From: a virus | Lineage: Duplodnaviria > Caudoviricetes | Strand: one strand, 5' to 3' | Virus record (IMG/VR): IMGVR_UViG_3300017937_000001 | Location: 1-45,781 of that record | DNA length: 45,781 nucleotides | In this document: piece after piece, positions 1 through 9,209 of the stretch | Position numbering within the stretch: the stretch's first letter is position 1 | Layout: every line of letters starts with the position of its first letter | Made by a program: the position numbers and the translations under genes | Notes under the pieces: generated by a model | The model's database searches: none | What the model was told of the DNA's origin: nothing | Seen by the model: only the letters and a program-made list of their open reading frames with translations

Positions 1-1559
1 CGCGCCCCGTCGATGTTGCCGTCGAGGTAGCGGGTGTCCGCCTCCTGGCCGCTGCGCAGGAAGCGGGTGTCCGCGCCCTGCTGCTGCGCGAGACGCCAGG
101 CGTTGGCGTCCTGCCCGCTGTGGAGCCAGCGAGCGTTGCTGTCCTGTCCGGTGTGCAGCCACCGCGCGGAGTCGCTGACGTTGTCGTCGACGTCGTCGAT
201 CTCGCGGTCGAGGTGACGCTCCGTGGCGCCCAGCTGCTGCTGGATGTCGCGGTGACCGCGGTCCAGCCAGCGCGCGTTGCCGTTGACGACGTCGTCCGTC
301 AGACGCTGGCCACGCTCGGTCTCCCGGAAGCCCCGGTTGACGTCGCGGTCCACGTCATCGATGTTGCGGTCGAGCCAGCGAGCGTTGCCGTTGACGGTGT
401 CGTCGGTGTGACGCTGACCGTCGTTCAGCCAGCGACCGTTGGCGTCGACGTTGCGGTCGGTCGCGTCCTGGCCGGCCAGGAGCTGCTCCGTGCCACGGGC
501 CACCTGGTTGCCCAGGTACTGCGCGTTGCGGTTGGCCTCCGCGTCCAGGAACATGGCGTCCTGGTTGATCTGACGGCTGAGGCCCTGCACGCCGTCCGCG
601 ATGCGGGCGTCGGTGAAACGCTGACCGGTGAGACCGGCCTGGGTTCCGTCCTGGACCGCGCGGTCCGTGAACCGCTGCCCCTCGGCGAGCTCCATGTGCT
701 CACCGCTGAGGTGGTTGACCCCGCTGGTTACCAGGCCGTCGGTGTGACGCTGGCCGTTCGAGGTGTTCTGGAACCCGGCACCGAGCTCGGCGTCGGTGAT
801 GCGCTGGCCGGCGATGATCCGCTGACCCGTGGCGCCCACGTTCTCGTTGATGTGGTTCTGACCGACCAGGAGGCGCTGACCGGTGGAGCCGACGTTCTCG
901 TTGATGCCCGCCTGGCCGTGGAGCACCGCGTCGGTGCCCGCGGTCACCAGGCCGTCGGTGATGCGCTGACCCATGAGGCCGCGCTGACCGGTGGCACCGA
1001 TGTTGTTGTTGATGTCGGTCTGGCCCCGCAGCACGTGCTGGAAGCCGTCCGCGATCATGTCGTCGTTGTCGTTCTCGCCCCAGTAGCTGTTGGGCGCGCA
1101 ACGGTCAACGGTGGTGACGACGGGAAGCACCGGCGCGGCGACGCCGAGGTTATCCGCCATTTCACCATCCTTTCGCACAGAAGGTGGTGTTTCCGCACCG
1201 GCCTCGTGGCCGGAGTCCTGGATCGAACGGAGCATGCCGTTCGAGACGTCGTCCACGGTCACCCGGTAGTTGCCGTTCGCACGGAAGGTGCCGGTGACGG
1301 TGTCGAGTGGCGGCTTGGCCGCCTGAGACACCGCCTCAGCCACCACGTGCGAGGGCACCTGGGGAATGGACGACGGGGTTGACGTCACCGGCTGGCTGAG
1401 TGGCCGCCAGGTGGCGTCGCTGAGCGCCGCGTCGACACACTCGAAGACCTCCTTGGTCGCCGAGTTGGTCCAGGTGGACCCGGCGGTGAAGCCCTTGCTG
1501 GTGTCGTCTGCGGCAGTGGGGTCGCTGTCGGTTACGCAGCTCAGCGTCCCGTTGGACAT
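1..1559 (-). CDS. Fibre/spike-like protein, partial (runs off window): N-terminal tail-fibre-type motif plus long 18/11-residue coiled-coil repeats
   Basis: Not in the ORF track. Read manually from ATG 1559 (MSNGTLSCVTDSDPTAADDTSKGFTAGSTWTNSATKEVFECVDAA...), open to the edge; repeats such as GQRITDGLVTAGTDAVLH. Second in-frame ATG with RBS at 1160. Confidence 0.75.
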   Translation of the reverse strand, partial: MSNGTLSCVTDSDPTAADDTSKGFTAGSTWTNSATKEVFECVDAALSDATWRPLSQPVTSTPSSIPQVPSHVVAEAVSQAAKPPLDTVTGTFRANGNYRVTVDDVSNGMLRSIQDSGHEAGAETPPSVRKDGEMADNLGVAAPVLPVVTTVDRCAPNSYWGENDNDDMIADGFQHVLRGQTDINNNIGATGQRGLMGQRITDGLVTAGTDAVLHGQAGINENVGSTGQRLLVGQNHINENVGATGQRIIAGQRITDAELGAGFQNTSNGQRHTDGLVTSGVNHLSGEHMELAEGQRFTDRAVQDGTQAGLTGQRFTDARIADGVQGLSRQINQDAMFLDAEANRNAQYLGNQVARGTEQLLAGQDATDRNVDANGRWLNDGQRHTDDTVNGNARWLDRNIDDVDRDVNRGFRETERGQRLTDDVVNGNARWLDRGHRDIQQQLGATERHLDREIDDVDDNVSDSARWLHTGQDSNARWLHSGQDANAWRLAQQQGADTRFLRSGQEADTRYLDGNIDGA

Positions 1560-1569
1560 GCAATCACCC

Positions 1570-1863
1570 TTACCCGGTGGTGGGAGTGTCACTGGCGGTT
1601 GAGTCGCCGGCGACCTCGCCACCGGATGCACCGGATGGCAGGTGATTGGGCCAGGTGGAGACGTTGATCTCGTTGGGGTCGAGCCTGGCGAACTCCCAGG
1701 CTGCGGCGCAGTACGCCTCGAAGCGACGCGCGAAGGCGTCGAGCTGCTCGTGGCTCTCCCAGGGGAAGGGCGGCGAGAGCTTTACCTCCGTCCGTGTGAC
1801 GGGGTTGAGGGCGAGCAGCACCGTGGTGCCCCGCCCGGCGGCGGAGTCGCACACGAACTTCAC
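1570..1863 (-). CDS. Hypothetical protein
   Basis: 97 aa; GTGA overlap with the upstream gene. Confidence 0.65.
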   Translation of the reverse strand: MKFVCDSAAGRGTTVLLALNPVTRTEVKLSPPFPWESHEQLDAFARRFEAYCAAAWEFARLDPNEINVSTWPNHLPSGASGGEVAGDSTASDTPTTG

Positions 1864-2138
1864 AGCTGCTCCACCTCGTCCTCGTCGTAGACGTCGGCAG
1901 GGAAGATCACGTCATGCTCCCATCGTCCGGGGGGCCAGTACTCCACGTTCAGTACCGTCCCGTCGACGTGCCACTCCACCCGACGTACGCGGGGACACGG
2001 CTGCCGGCTGTCCGGCAACCCTGCCACGCTGGCGTGAATGCCAGCGCAGAAGTGACAGGCACTGCGATCACTCACAGTACCCTCGAAGATGGCGCGCGCA
2101 TCCGCCTTCTGATCAGGCGTGAGACCATCATCTGACAC
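1860..2138 (-). CDS. Hypothetical protein (CxxC-containing)
   Basis: GTG 2138 with AGGAG RBS; CHFC motif. Confidence 0.65.
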   Translation of the reverse strand: MSDDGLTPDQKADARAIFEGTVSDRSACHFCAGIHASVAGLPDSRQPCPRVRRVEWHVDGTVLNVEYWPPGRWEHDVIFPADVYDEDEVEQL

Positions 2139-2146
2139 GTTGGCTC

Positions 2147-2368
2147 CTAAGCCAGCGACTGGTTGAGGGAGGCGCACAGCGTCTGGTGGACGTGGCGAGC
2201 CCTCACGTGCTCATCGTACTCGGTCATGGTGTTGGCGGTCCAGAGACGGCCACACCAGCGCCCCCGGTGAGCCCCGGGTACGTGGCAGGTCAGCACCCGC
2301 GGCAGTGGACGAGGCGTGCCGAGGAACGGCTTCTCCGCCAGCTCATGCCTGGCAGCCTTGGCGCTCAC
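2147..2368 (-). CDS. Hypothetical protein
   Basis: 73 aa, coupled in the operon. Confidence 0.55.
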   Translation of the reverse strand: MSAKAARHELAEKPFLGTPRPLPRVLTCHVPGAHRGRWCGRLWTANTMTEYDEHVRARHVHQTLCASLNQSLA

Positions 2369-2532
2369 TCGTCACCCTCAGCCGGCAGCTTGGGTCCACC
2401 GCACACCATGGTGGCCACCAGGTAGAGGGCCTCCCCGTGGGTGAACCCCACGTACCGGGCGCTGAGGAACATCTCGTGTGCCTGCGCCATCACCTGCTGC
2501 GCGGGCGTGAGCTCGATCTCCTGATCGTCCAT
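2365..2532 (-). CDS. Small hypothetical protein (MDDQEIELTPAQQVMAQAHEMF...)
   Basis: 55 aa read manually; TGATG and GTGA overlaps at both ends. Confidence 0.65.
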   Translation of the reverse strand: MDDQEIELTPAQQVMAQAHEMFLSARYVGFTHGEALYLVATMVCGGPKLPAEGDE

Positions 2533-2726
2533 CACGCGGCGTCCGTCACCGGACCGGCGTACCGTACGATCGGCTGCAAGGTGAGTGGCATCGCCATGAT
2601 CACCGCGTTGGCGCCGTTGAGGAAGATCACGTGGGTCTCCGTGAACGCGAACTCGTGTGCGTTGACGGTCATGATGCTGGCGCCGGTGGAACCCGGCGCC
2701 CAGTAGGTGAGGCTGTACGTGTTCAC
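2532..2726 (-). CDS. Hypothetical protein
   Basis: 64 aa; GTGA overlap with terL stop. Confidence 0.6.
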   Translation of the reverse strand: MNTYSLTYWAPGSTGASIMTVNAHEFAFTETHVIFLNGANAVIMAMPLTLQPIVRYAGPVTDAA

Positions 2727-4342
2727 GCGTTCTCGTCTTCCTCTTCGTCGTCCGGGAGCTCAGGGTCCACCAGGCTGGCCCGGCAGTGTGGGCACTCGGT
2801 GCGATCCACGCCGTTGACCCTGGCCACGAAGCCGGTGTTGCAGCTGAGGCAGGTGGCGGTGCCGTAGGCGTCGTGCCAGTTGCCCATCTCAGTCCAGAAG
2901 GCCTGCACCACCGCGTCCGCGCGGTCGGTGGAGCGACCGATGCGCTTCTTGATCTCGTCCTTCGACTCGATCTTCAGCTTGCCACCTGACTGCGGCTCAC
3001 CCGCCTTCGGCGCGGTGAGGTCACCCAGCAGGTCATCATCCGGCGGCAGGCAGATGATCGGACGGAAGGTCGGGTCGAGCTGCTCCCGCAGATTCCACCA
3101 GGCGGCGGCTCGCGTGTTGAGGAAGCCGAGCTCCCCGGTGCGGTCACGGTTGCGACTGCGCGCGGAGGCGTTGAACGCCTGCACCTTCGCGTTGGTTTCC
3201 CGGAGCCGGTCCACCACACCCGCGCCGACGCCGACGACGTCGACGATGGCGGTTGCGGCGGGGTCTGCCTCCAGCAGGTTCTGCACGCGACCGGTGGTGG
3301 TCATCGTGTCGTTGTGGGTGTAGGACCGCACCTCGGTGATGACGTGTCCCCACCGTACGGCCATGCAGGTCTTGTCGGTGCCGCTACGGGCGACGTCCAC
3401 GCCGACGGTGTGAGGTGCGCCCGGGTCGGTTCGACCGTTCTCCTCCCACTCGTGCCAGCGCTCGACGGCCGCCTCGACCCAGCTGAGTGGGATGACGGAG
3501 TCTTCCTCACCCGCGTAGAACTCACCGAGCACGCGGTTTTGGTAGAGCGCGGAGTGTTCACCCCACTGCAGCTTTCGCTGCTCCGCCCACTGAGCGGAGA
3601 TGCGATTCGCCGCCATGGACTCTTCCAGGGTGACGTGTTTGACGAACCAGTCCTCGTAGCCGGGCTTGCGTGACTGGATGTCGTAGAAGCGACCCTGCGG
3701 CGGGCCAGGGGTGGAGAGCGCCATGGCGTAGGACTCACCGGTGCCGGAGAAGGCACCCTCACACGCGTCGAAGGTGCCGGCGAAGATGGCCTTCGACTCA
3801 TCGTAGATGAAGAGCAGGGAGTCGGCGTGGGCACCCTCGATGAGGGCCGGGTTGGAGGCGGCGGCTGCGAAGGCGCTGCCGTACTTCAGCCGCAGGTTGA
3901 GGTTGAGAAGCTCTGAGCCGCTGAACGGCCGGTCGCGGACCTTCTCCCACTTGATGCGGCCGGCCCACTTGTGCACCTCAGGCCACAGGTAGTTGATCAG
4001 CTGGCGCCAGGCACCGGCGGTGGTGACGACCTTCCAGTCGGTGCCGGTGCCGTCTCGCGTGATCGCGAACCAGAGGATGGTCAGGGCGGAGATCGCAGAC
4101 TTACCCAGGCCGTGCGGGCCGCGTACGGAGACGCGGTGCCGCTCCGCCAGGCGGGTCATGATCTCTTCCTGGTAGGCGGTGAGGCCGTGCTCTCGCCAGT
4201 CGATGCAGTCGTGTGCGAACGCCACCGGGTCGTGGTAGTAGCGTCGAACACCCTGCTTCATCGCCGCGGCTTGGCTCTGAAGCTCCTTGAGCTCCCGCAG
4301 CCGCGCGAGCTTCAGCTCGGCGAGTGAGCTGGCCTCCTCCAC
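2723..4342 (-). CDS. terL: Terminase large subunit, with C-terminal Zn-ribbon extension
   Basis: Walker A GPHGLGKS, Walker B FIYDE, RNase H-like nuclease (GVDVARSGTD, VDVVGVGAGV, STDRADA); tail CLSC..CPHC. Confidence 0.93.
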   Translation of the reverse strand: MEEASSLAELKLARLRELKELQSQAAAMKQGVRRYYHDPVAFAHDCIDWREHGLTAYQEEIMTRLAERHRVSVRGPHGLGKSAISALTILWFAITRDGTGTDWKVVTTAGAWRQLINYLWPEVHKWAGRIKWEKVRDRPFSGSELLNLNLRLKYGSAFAAAASNPALIEGAHADSLLFIYDESKAIFAGTFDACEGAFSGTGESYAMALSTPGPPQGRFYDIQSRKPGYEDWFVKHVTLEESMAANRISAQWAEQRKLQWGEHSALYQNRVLGEFYAGEEDSVIPLSWVEAAVERWHEWEENGRTDPGAPHTVGVDVARSGTDKTCMAVRWGHVITEVRSYTHNDTMTTTGRVQNLLEADPAATAIVDVVGVGAGVVDRLRETNAKVQAFNASARSRNRDRTGELGFLNTRAAAWWNLREQLDPTFRPIICLPPDDDLLGDLTAPKAGEPQSGGKLKIESKDEIKKRIGRSTDRADAVVQAFWTEMGNWHDAYGTATCLSCNTGFVARVNGVDRTECPHCRASLVDPELPDDEEEDENA

Positions 4343-4350
4343 CGCGGCTC

Positions 4351-4959
4351 CTAGTCGGTCGTCTGCTTGGTCGCCCGCAGCTCGCTCTCGAGCTTGGCGA
4401 TCTCCTGGTCGATGGAGTCCATCGTGATGACCTCACGCCGGATCGGGGCGTCCAGGCCGAGGAGCTTGGCACGACGCTCCTTGATCTTCAGGATGCGGTC
4501 GACCGTCTCCAGGATGTAGCGGTCGTCTGGAATGACCTCGCCGGTCTCGTCGTCGCGAACGACGCGTCCCTGGCTGATCACCACGTGCCGGTCGTGGAGG
4601 GTCTTCCACGCCTCCCACTCGAGCTCGTCGAGGCTGTTGGCCTCCATCATCCGAGCCTCGTCGTTGGCGAAGCGCGCCATCTCCCCGAGCGCCCGCTTGA
4701 TGGCGGCGGCGACCCGAGCCGGCCCGTTCTCGGGGTTGGGCTCGTCCATGTTCAGGTAGCGGGCGATCTTCTCCAGGGGCCACCCGAGGGCCTTCAGCCG
4801 GGCGCACTCCGCGTCCCGCATCTTGCCCTTCTGCCGGATGTTCCACTGCTTGCTGGGACGGGCGAGCAGGTACTCGTCCTTGCCCTCCACCCGGTTCACG
4901 TCCGCGTCGTCGGTGTACCGAGGTGTTTCCTCGTGGCTGTAGTCGGGCGTGCGTACCAC
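4351..4959 (-). CDS. terS: Putative terminase small subunit
   Basis: Directly upstream of terL; HTH-like GWPLEKIARYL and C-terminal ERRAKLLGLDAP; GTG 4959 with GGAGG. Confidence 0.7.
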   Translation of the reverse strand: MVRTPDYSHEETPRYTDDADVNRVEGKDEYLLARPSKQWNIRQKGKMRDAECARLKALGWPLEKIARYLNMDEPNPENGPARVAAAIKRALGEMARFANDEARMMEANSLDELEWEAWKTLHDRHVVISQGRVVRDDETGEVIPDDRYILETVDRILKIKERRAKLLGLDAPIRREVITMDSIDQEIAKLESELRATKQTTD

Positions 4960-5085
4960 GTGATCCTCCCCTGACGTGCGTGCCGAGGCGCGGCGACACC
5001 TCACCCCTCGACCAGAATATATCTCGCTTTGGCCACGTTGGCCACATGGGGCGTGGCTGCCACGCAAAGAAGTTTCGGTGAGATG

Positions 5086-5114
5086 TGGACAACCACGTCA
5101 ACGTGGTGTAGATT
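5086..5114 (+). promoter_or_regulatory. HrdB/sigma70-type promoter
   Basis: TGGACA-N17-TAGATT followed by a GGAACAGGAAC leader. Confidence 0.7.
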
Positions 5115-5158
5115 GGTCTCAACAGCAAGGAACAGGAACCGGAACGAGGGAGCAGGTC

Positions 5159-5557
5159 ATGACCACGCACACCGCCTACAAGTTCACCGTGAGCGACACG
5201 GAGTTCCAGGTCAAGGTCGCCGGTCGCCACGAGCGTCACCCGCTGAACTGGTCCTCGTACGAGGAGGGCTACTCCCTCGAGGGTGTCCGCTACCAGGCGG
5301 CCATCCAGCACCTGCCGGTGGTCTTCATCGACGAGGACGGCACCCGTCACGGGCACGGCGTCCAGTTCACCGCGGGGGCCTTCGAGCGAGCCGCCTACCG
5401 AGGCTACATCGCCTACGGCGTCTCGATGACGGATGGCCACTACGCACCGGTCGACTTCGAGGCTTGGGTGACCGACTTCCGTCGGTTCCCGGAGGCCAAC
5501 CTCAAGTACAACGACTTCTACCCCGCGCCGGAGGCGATGGCGATGTATCTCGGCTGA
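5159..5557 (+). CDS. Hypothetical protein
   Basis: ATG 5159 with GAGGGAG RBS and its own promoter. Confidence 0.75.
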   Translation: MTTHTAYKFTVSDTEFQVKVAGRHERHPLNWSSYEEGYSLEGVRYQAAIQHLPVVFIDEDGTRHGHGVQFTAGAFERAAYRGYIAYGVSMTDGHYAPVDFEAWVTDFRRFPEANLKYNDFYPAPEAMAMYLG

Positions 5558-5561
5558 GCCC

Positions 5562-5596
5562 CCGAGCCGGCCGGCCGAGATGGCCGGCCGGCTCGG
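5562..5596 (+). terminator. GC-rich hairpin, putative terminator
   Basis: ccgagccggccggcc-gagat-ggccggccggctcgg right after the stop codon. Confidence 0.55.
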
Positions 5597-5598
5597 TG

Positions 5599-5627
5599 TG
5601 GACACACCGTCAACGGGGTGGTAAGCT
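5599..5627 (+). promoter_or_regulatory. HrdB/sigma70-type promoter
   Basis: TGGACA-N17-TAAGCT with GCAGGAACAGGAAC leader. Confidence 0.7.
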
Positions 5628-5665
5628 GGTTTCACCAGGCAGGAACAGGAACGAAGGGACACACC

Positions 5666-6142
5666 GTGAACTACACTCTCGCCACTGAGGGAACCACCTG
5701 CACGGCAAACTGCATGGTCAGCGGGGGCGTCGCCCCGGCTCCCGCGGTCCACGTGGTGAACAATCGCCCGCTCTGCGCCTACCACAGCCCGTACGAGGTC
5801 GTCGACGCGAACGGGCAGACCGCGATGGACACCTACCTGGCGGACTTCGACCGTCGCCACGCGACACCCACGCCGACCGTCAACGAGATGTTGACCCGCT
5901 ACCTGGCGGGCGAGGTCACCAAGGAGGCGCTGCTCACAGTGGCGGCTGAGGCCACCGTCGCGCGGGAGACGGGGGTGACCTACCGGGTGACCAAGCGCTT
6001 CAACGTTCGGGGTGACCGATACTTCCTGCACGTCGGGTGTGACTGTCAGCTGAACCAGTCCCTGCTCGGCACCTTCGCCACCGAGGCGGAGGCGGTCGCC
6101 AGCCAGACGGCGAAGCTGACCCGGTGTGGCCGCAGCATCTGA
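5666..6142 (+). CDS. Hypothetical Cys/His-rich protein
   Basis: GTG 5666 after GAAGGGA; own promoter. Confidence 0.7.
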   Translation: MNYTLATEGTTCTANCMVSGGVAPAPAVHVVNNRPLCAYHSPYEVVDANGQTAMDTYLADFDRRHATPTPTVNEMLTRYLAGEVTKEALLTVAAEATVARETGVTYRVTKRFNVRGDRYFLHVGCDCQLNQSLLGTFATEAEAVASQTAKLTRCGRSI

Positions 6143-6154
6143 CCCAAGCGTGCG

Positions 6155-6188
6155 AAGGCCCCGGGAGACTCGGTCGCCCGGGGCCTCT
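6155..6188. terminator. Hairpin between convergent genes
   Basis: aggccccggg...cccggggcct. Confidence 0.55.
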
Positions 6189-6193
6189 CGCGG

Positions 6194-6532
6194 TCACTCA
6201 GCAGGCGCTGAGGGCTCCGGGTCGGGGGTCAGGCTGGTCGTACCCGTCGCCGGGCCGTCACTCGTCTCGCCGGCCTGAGGGGCACCAGCGCGGCCGGCCA
6301 CCTCGGCCTTGATCTCGGCCTTCGCGGCCTCCAGGGCGGCCTGGATCTCCTGTCGCGCCTGGGTCAGCGCCTCGGTGAACGTGGTGGTCAGCTCACCCCG
6401 GAGGTTCTCCAGCATCGGCACGAAGTGCGTAACGGCGGCGTTGACGACCGCCTCCACCTCGTGCTGGGCCAGCTCCTCGCCACCCTTGAGCCGGGTGAGC
6501 AGCTTGTGGATCTCGTCGCCGAACAGTGACAT
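6194..6532 (-). CDS. Hypothetical helical protein
   Basis: 112 aa, AAGGAG RBS. Confidence 0.7.
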   Translation of the reverse strand: MSLFGDEIHKLLTRLKGGEELAQHEVEAVVNAAVTHFVPMLENLRGELTTTFTEALTQARQEIQAALEAAKAEIKAEVAGRAGAPQAGETSDGPATGTTSLTPDPEPSAPAE

Positions 6533-6547
6533 GTGCTTCTCCTTGGT

Positions 6548-6814
6548 TCAGGTCGCCCGGGAGAGGGCGTCGTACGCCTTGATGAGCGTCTCCGCGTCGT
6601 ACACCCTGGCGTGTCGGCCGGGCCGGCCCAGCGGGGTGACGCGACGCTTGCCGCTCGGTTGGATGCTGAGCATCTTGATCAGCTGGCGCACCTGGATCTG
6701 CGTCAGCCGGGGTGGACCCAGCAACGCGGCGGCGTCAGCCACCGTCCAGAGGTTCTCGTCATCTCCCACGGTGGACAGTCCGGTGGAGGACCAGCCACGC
6801 CCCTCGTGGGTCAC
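6548..6814 (-). CDS. Putative HTH DNA-binding protein
   Basis: LWTVADAAALLG...VRQLIK...RVYD pattern; start placed at the GTGA overlap. Confidence 0.55.
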   Translation of the reverse strand: MTHEGRGWSSTGLSTVGDDENLWTVADAAALLGPPRLTQIQVRQLIKMLSIQPSGKRRVTPLGRPGRHARVYDAETLIKAYDALSRAT

Positions 6815-7032
6815 CGCCACCATCCAAACACCAGGTGCAGCGTGAGCCACACGAGGAAGACGGCGACGAAGTATCGGATGAAGGTCCACGTGGGGCCGAG
6901 CTTCTCGAGTCGCCACACGTACCAGGAGAGCGTCAGATCACTCCGTCCGCTCCACAACGCGCTCAGCTCGATGGCCAGGAACGCCCCGAGCCACGCCAGC
7001 CACAGGATGCTGTAGATCGTGCTTGCCTTCAC
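6811..7032 (-). CDS. Small membrane protein (2 TM)
   Basis: Two hydrophobic segments. Confidence 0.7.
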   Translation of the reverse strand: MKASTIYSILWLAWLGAFLAIELSALWSGRSDLTLSWYVWRLEKLGPTWTFIRYFVAVFLVWLTLHLVFGWWR

Positions 7033-7718
7033 GCCGCCTGCACCTCCTCCGCGTCAGCTGGCAGCTCACCCTGCCAGTAGATCATGATCTCACCGGTCAG
7101 GATGTCCGTCTCCACCCGGCCGCACGGTCGTCGCCGGTCGCTTGGGCCGTAGACGCACCTGGGGTTGACGCAGTGAGCGGTGGCGGTGACTCGCTTGACC
7201 CTCAGCGTCAGGTAGTCGCACCAGGGGCACCGCATCTCCGGCTCACCCTGTCGGGCTGGCAGGTGCGCGAGCCCGTCGATCAAGCCGAGAGCCAGCTCCG
7301 CGTGAGTGCACCAGCGATCCAGCTGCCGCAGCGCCTCGAGCACCCGATCATCGGGGGTCGCCTCCGCGAGGTTGACGACCGCGTCGAGAGCCACCCTGGT
7401 GTTGGCGGAGGAGCCCCCGCGTTCTCGGTCTCGGTCGCTGACGTGCGTCAGCAGCTCCGTCTCCAGCCGACGAGCCAGCTCGTGAAGCTCCATGATCAGA
7501 AACGCCACACGTGAGTTCCAGGGGAGGCTCGCATGCACCACGGTGGGTCGGCCACCCTCAGGGTTGCCGGGTAGGACGTCACGGTGATGGATGGCGAGCT
7601 CGAGCTGCCCGTTGAGCCCCCACGCCCGCGTCACCGTGTCGCCAAGCTTGACCCGAAGGTCACTGGGGTCACGACGCGTCATGCTGTCAATGTATCTCAT
7701 ACTACGCCACGTGCCCAC
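7029..7718 (-). CDS. Actinophage-type protein with C-terminal Zn finger (start uncertain)
   Basis: CPWC...CVNPRC motif. Confidence 0.65.
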   Translation of the reverse strand: MGTWRSMRYIDSMTRRDPSDLRVKLGDTVTRAWGLNGQLELAIHHRDVLPGNPEGGRPTVVHASLPWNSRVAFLIMELHELARRLETELLTHVSDRDRERGGSSANTRVALDAVVNLAEATPDDRVLEALRQLDRWCTHAELALGLIDGLAHLPARQGEPEMRCPWCDYLTLRVKRVTATAHCVNPRCVYGPSDRRRPCGRVETDILTGEIMIYWQGELPADAEEVQAA

Positions 7719-7727
7719 GTCCAGTGA

Positions 7728-7771
7728 CGCCGAAGGCCGGGCACCACCCGTCAGGGTGCCCGGCCTTCGGT
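7728..7771 (-). terminator. Hairpin downstream of the vWA gene
   Basis: ccgaaggccgggcacc...ggtgcccggccttcgg. Confidence 0.6.
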
Positions 7772-7783
7772 TCCGTCTCGCGG

Positions 7784-8491
7784 CTACAGGATACCCGCCG
7801 CGCGTGCGTTCGTTCGCCAGGTGGCGAACTCACCCGTCACGTTGTCGTACAGCTCGGTGTCGGTGAGCCACTGACCGTTGTTCTGGGTGCCGAAGAAGCC
7901 GGCGTTGTCGACGGTGCGGCCGCGCAGCTCGTCGAGCTTCCGCAGGAAGCGGAACTCCGACGACGTGTGCTCCCCGAAGCCGACGAACTGCCAGTTGATC
8001 TTCAGGCTGCTGTAGCTCTTCAGCGCCTTCTTGGTCTCGCCCTCGTCGTTGCAGGCGCCGTCGGTCTCGAAGATCACGAGCGCGGGGTCGGTGGCACCCG
8101 ACATCCGGTAATGATTCACAACCGCCGTCATGGCGGGCGCGTAGCTGGTGCCACCCCACCGCACGTTGTGATGAGCGCGCAGGGTGTTGATGACGCCACG
8201 GTGCTGCCCGAGGGTGACGTTCATCGCGGGGTACGCCCAGTTGTGGAAGAAGACGACCGGCACGACGCCGTCGTCGTCGAGGTTGGCCGAGAGGGCGAGC
8301 ACCTGCTCGGTGAAGCGCTGCACGGTGCCGTCGTCGTACAGGCCGCTCATGCTGCCGCTGTGGTCCAGCACCAGGTAGACGGCGGCCTTCGCGTCCTGCA
8401 GGCCCTTCTTCTGCAGGCTGACCGCCGCGGTCTTGTACAGGTTCACCAGGTCCGGCGCCCGGGTCTCCATCTTGCTCAGGCTGATGCCCAT
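7784..8491 (-). CDS. vWA domain protein (TerF-associated vWA type)
   Basis: MIDAS DHSGSM, GGTSYAPAM, FETDG, WQFVGFG, LDELRGRTVDNAGFF. Confidence 0.88.
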   Translation of the reverse strand: MGISLSKMETRAPDLVNLYKTAAVSLQKKGLQDAKAAVYLVLDHSGSMSGLYDDGTVQRFTEQVLALSANLDDDGVVPVVFFHNWAYPAMNVTLGQHRGVINTLRAHHNVRWGGTSYAPAMTAVVNHYRMSGATDPALVIFETDGACNDEGETKKALKSYSSLKINWQFVGFGEHTSSEFRFLRKLDELRGRTVDNAGFFGTQNNGQWLTDTELYDNVTGEFATWRTNARAAGIL

Positions 8492-8505
8492 CGTTCCTGC
8501 TCTCC

Positions 8506-8778
8506 TCAGTCCAGATTGGGTCGGTAGGCTCGTTGCCCGCCGATCTCAGGCAGACACTCCCGACACGGCTTCTGCCGCAGCGGGACGTTCAAACACGCGA
8601 ACCGGGCACCCCTGCCCCAGCGGAGCCCGATCGTACGGTTGCAGTTCTCCTCACCGCCGCGGATACCCGTCAGACACAGCGGCTTCCACCACGGCCAGTC
8701 CACCTCATCCCACCGGAAGAACCGGCGGGAGACGTGGTTGTCCCACACGTGCCAGAACGGCTCCTCGTCCTCACTCAC
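8506..8778 (-). CDS. Hypothetical protein
   Basis: 90 aa, coupled. Confidence 0.6.
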   Translation of the reverse strand: MSEDEEPFWHVWDNHVSRRFFRWDEVDWPWWKPLCLTGIRGGEENCNRTIGLRWGRGARFACLNVPLRQKPCRECLPEIGGQRAYRPNLD

Positions 8779-9209
8779 GTCTCACCGTCCACGTCGAAGG
8801 TCGTCGTCAGCCGCACGACGCGGTAGGTGAATGCGGGGGTCCTGCCCGCGAGCTCCTCGCAGAACCCGTGAGCGACGTCACGTTCCTTGAACGGCGGCGC
8901 GTCTCGGCGAGCGACGCGCCAGGTGCCGTCCGGCCCCCGCACCTCCACCGTCCACCGCACCTGCGCGGGGTGCGGCGGGTCTTCCCCGTTGAGGGTTACG
9001 ACACCCTCTCTCACCGCGTTGACCACCAGCTGCGTGCGATTGGTGGCGTTGAACTTGGTCATCAGTCGCTTCAGCCGGGACTTGACGGTACCGATGGCGA
9101 TACCGGTGAGCCGGGTGATGCCGACGGTGTCCAGTCCCATCGCCGCCCCGCGGAGCACCTCCATCTCCGCGTCGGTGACCCTGCGGGGCGGCTCAGGTGA
9201 GTGCGTCAC
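8775..9209 (-). CDS. LuxR-type HTH protein
   Basis: VTDAEMEVLRGAAMG...TVKSRLKRLMTKFNATNRTQLV. Confidence 0.8.
   Translation of the reverse strand: MTHSPEPPRRVTDAEMEVLRGAAMGLDTVGITRLTGIAIGTVKSRLKRLMTKFNATNRTQLVVNAVREGVVTLNGEDPPHPAQVRWTVEVRGPDGTWRVARRDAPPFKERDVAHGFCEELAGRTPAFTYRVVRLTTTFDVDGET

Noticed and set aside
120-1382. 420-aa + strand ORF
   Set aside because: Antisense shadow of the minus-strand repeat protein.
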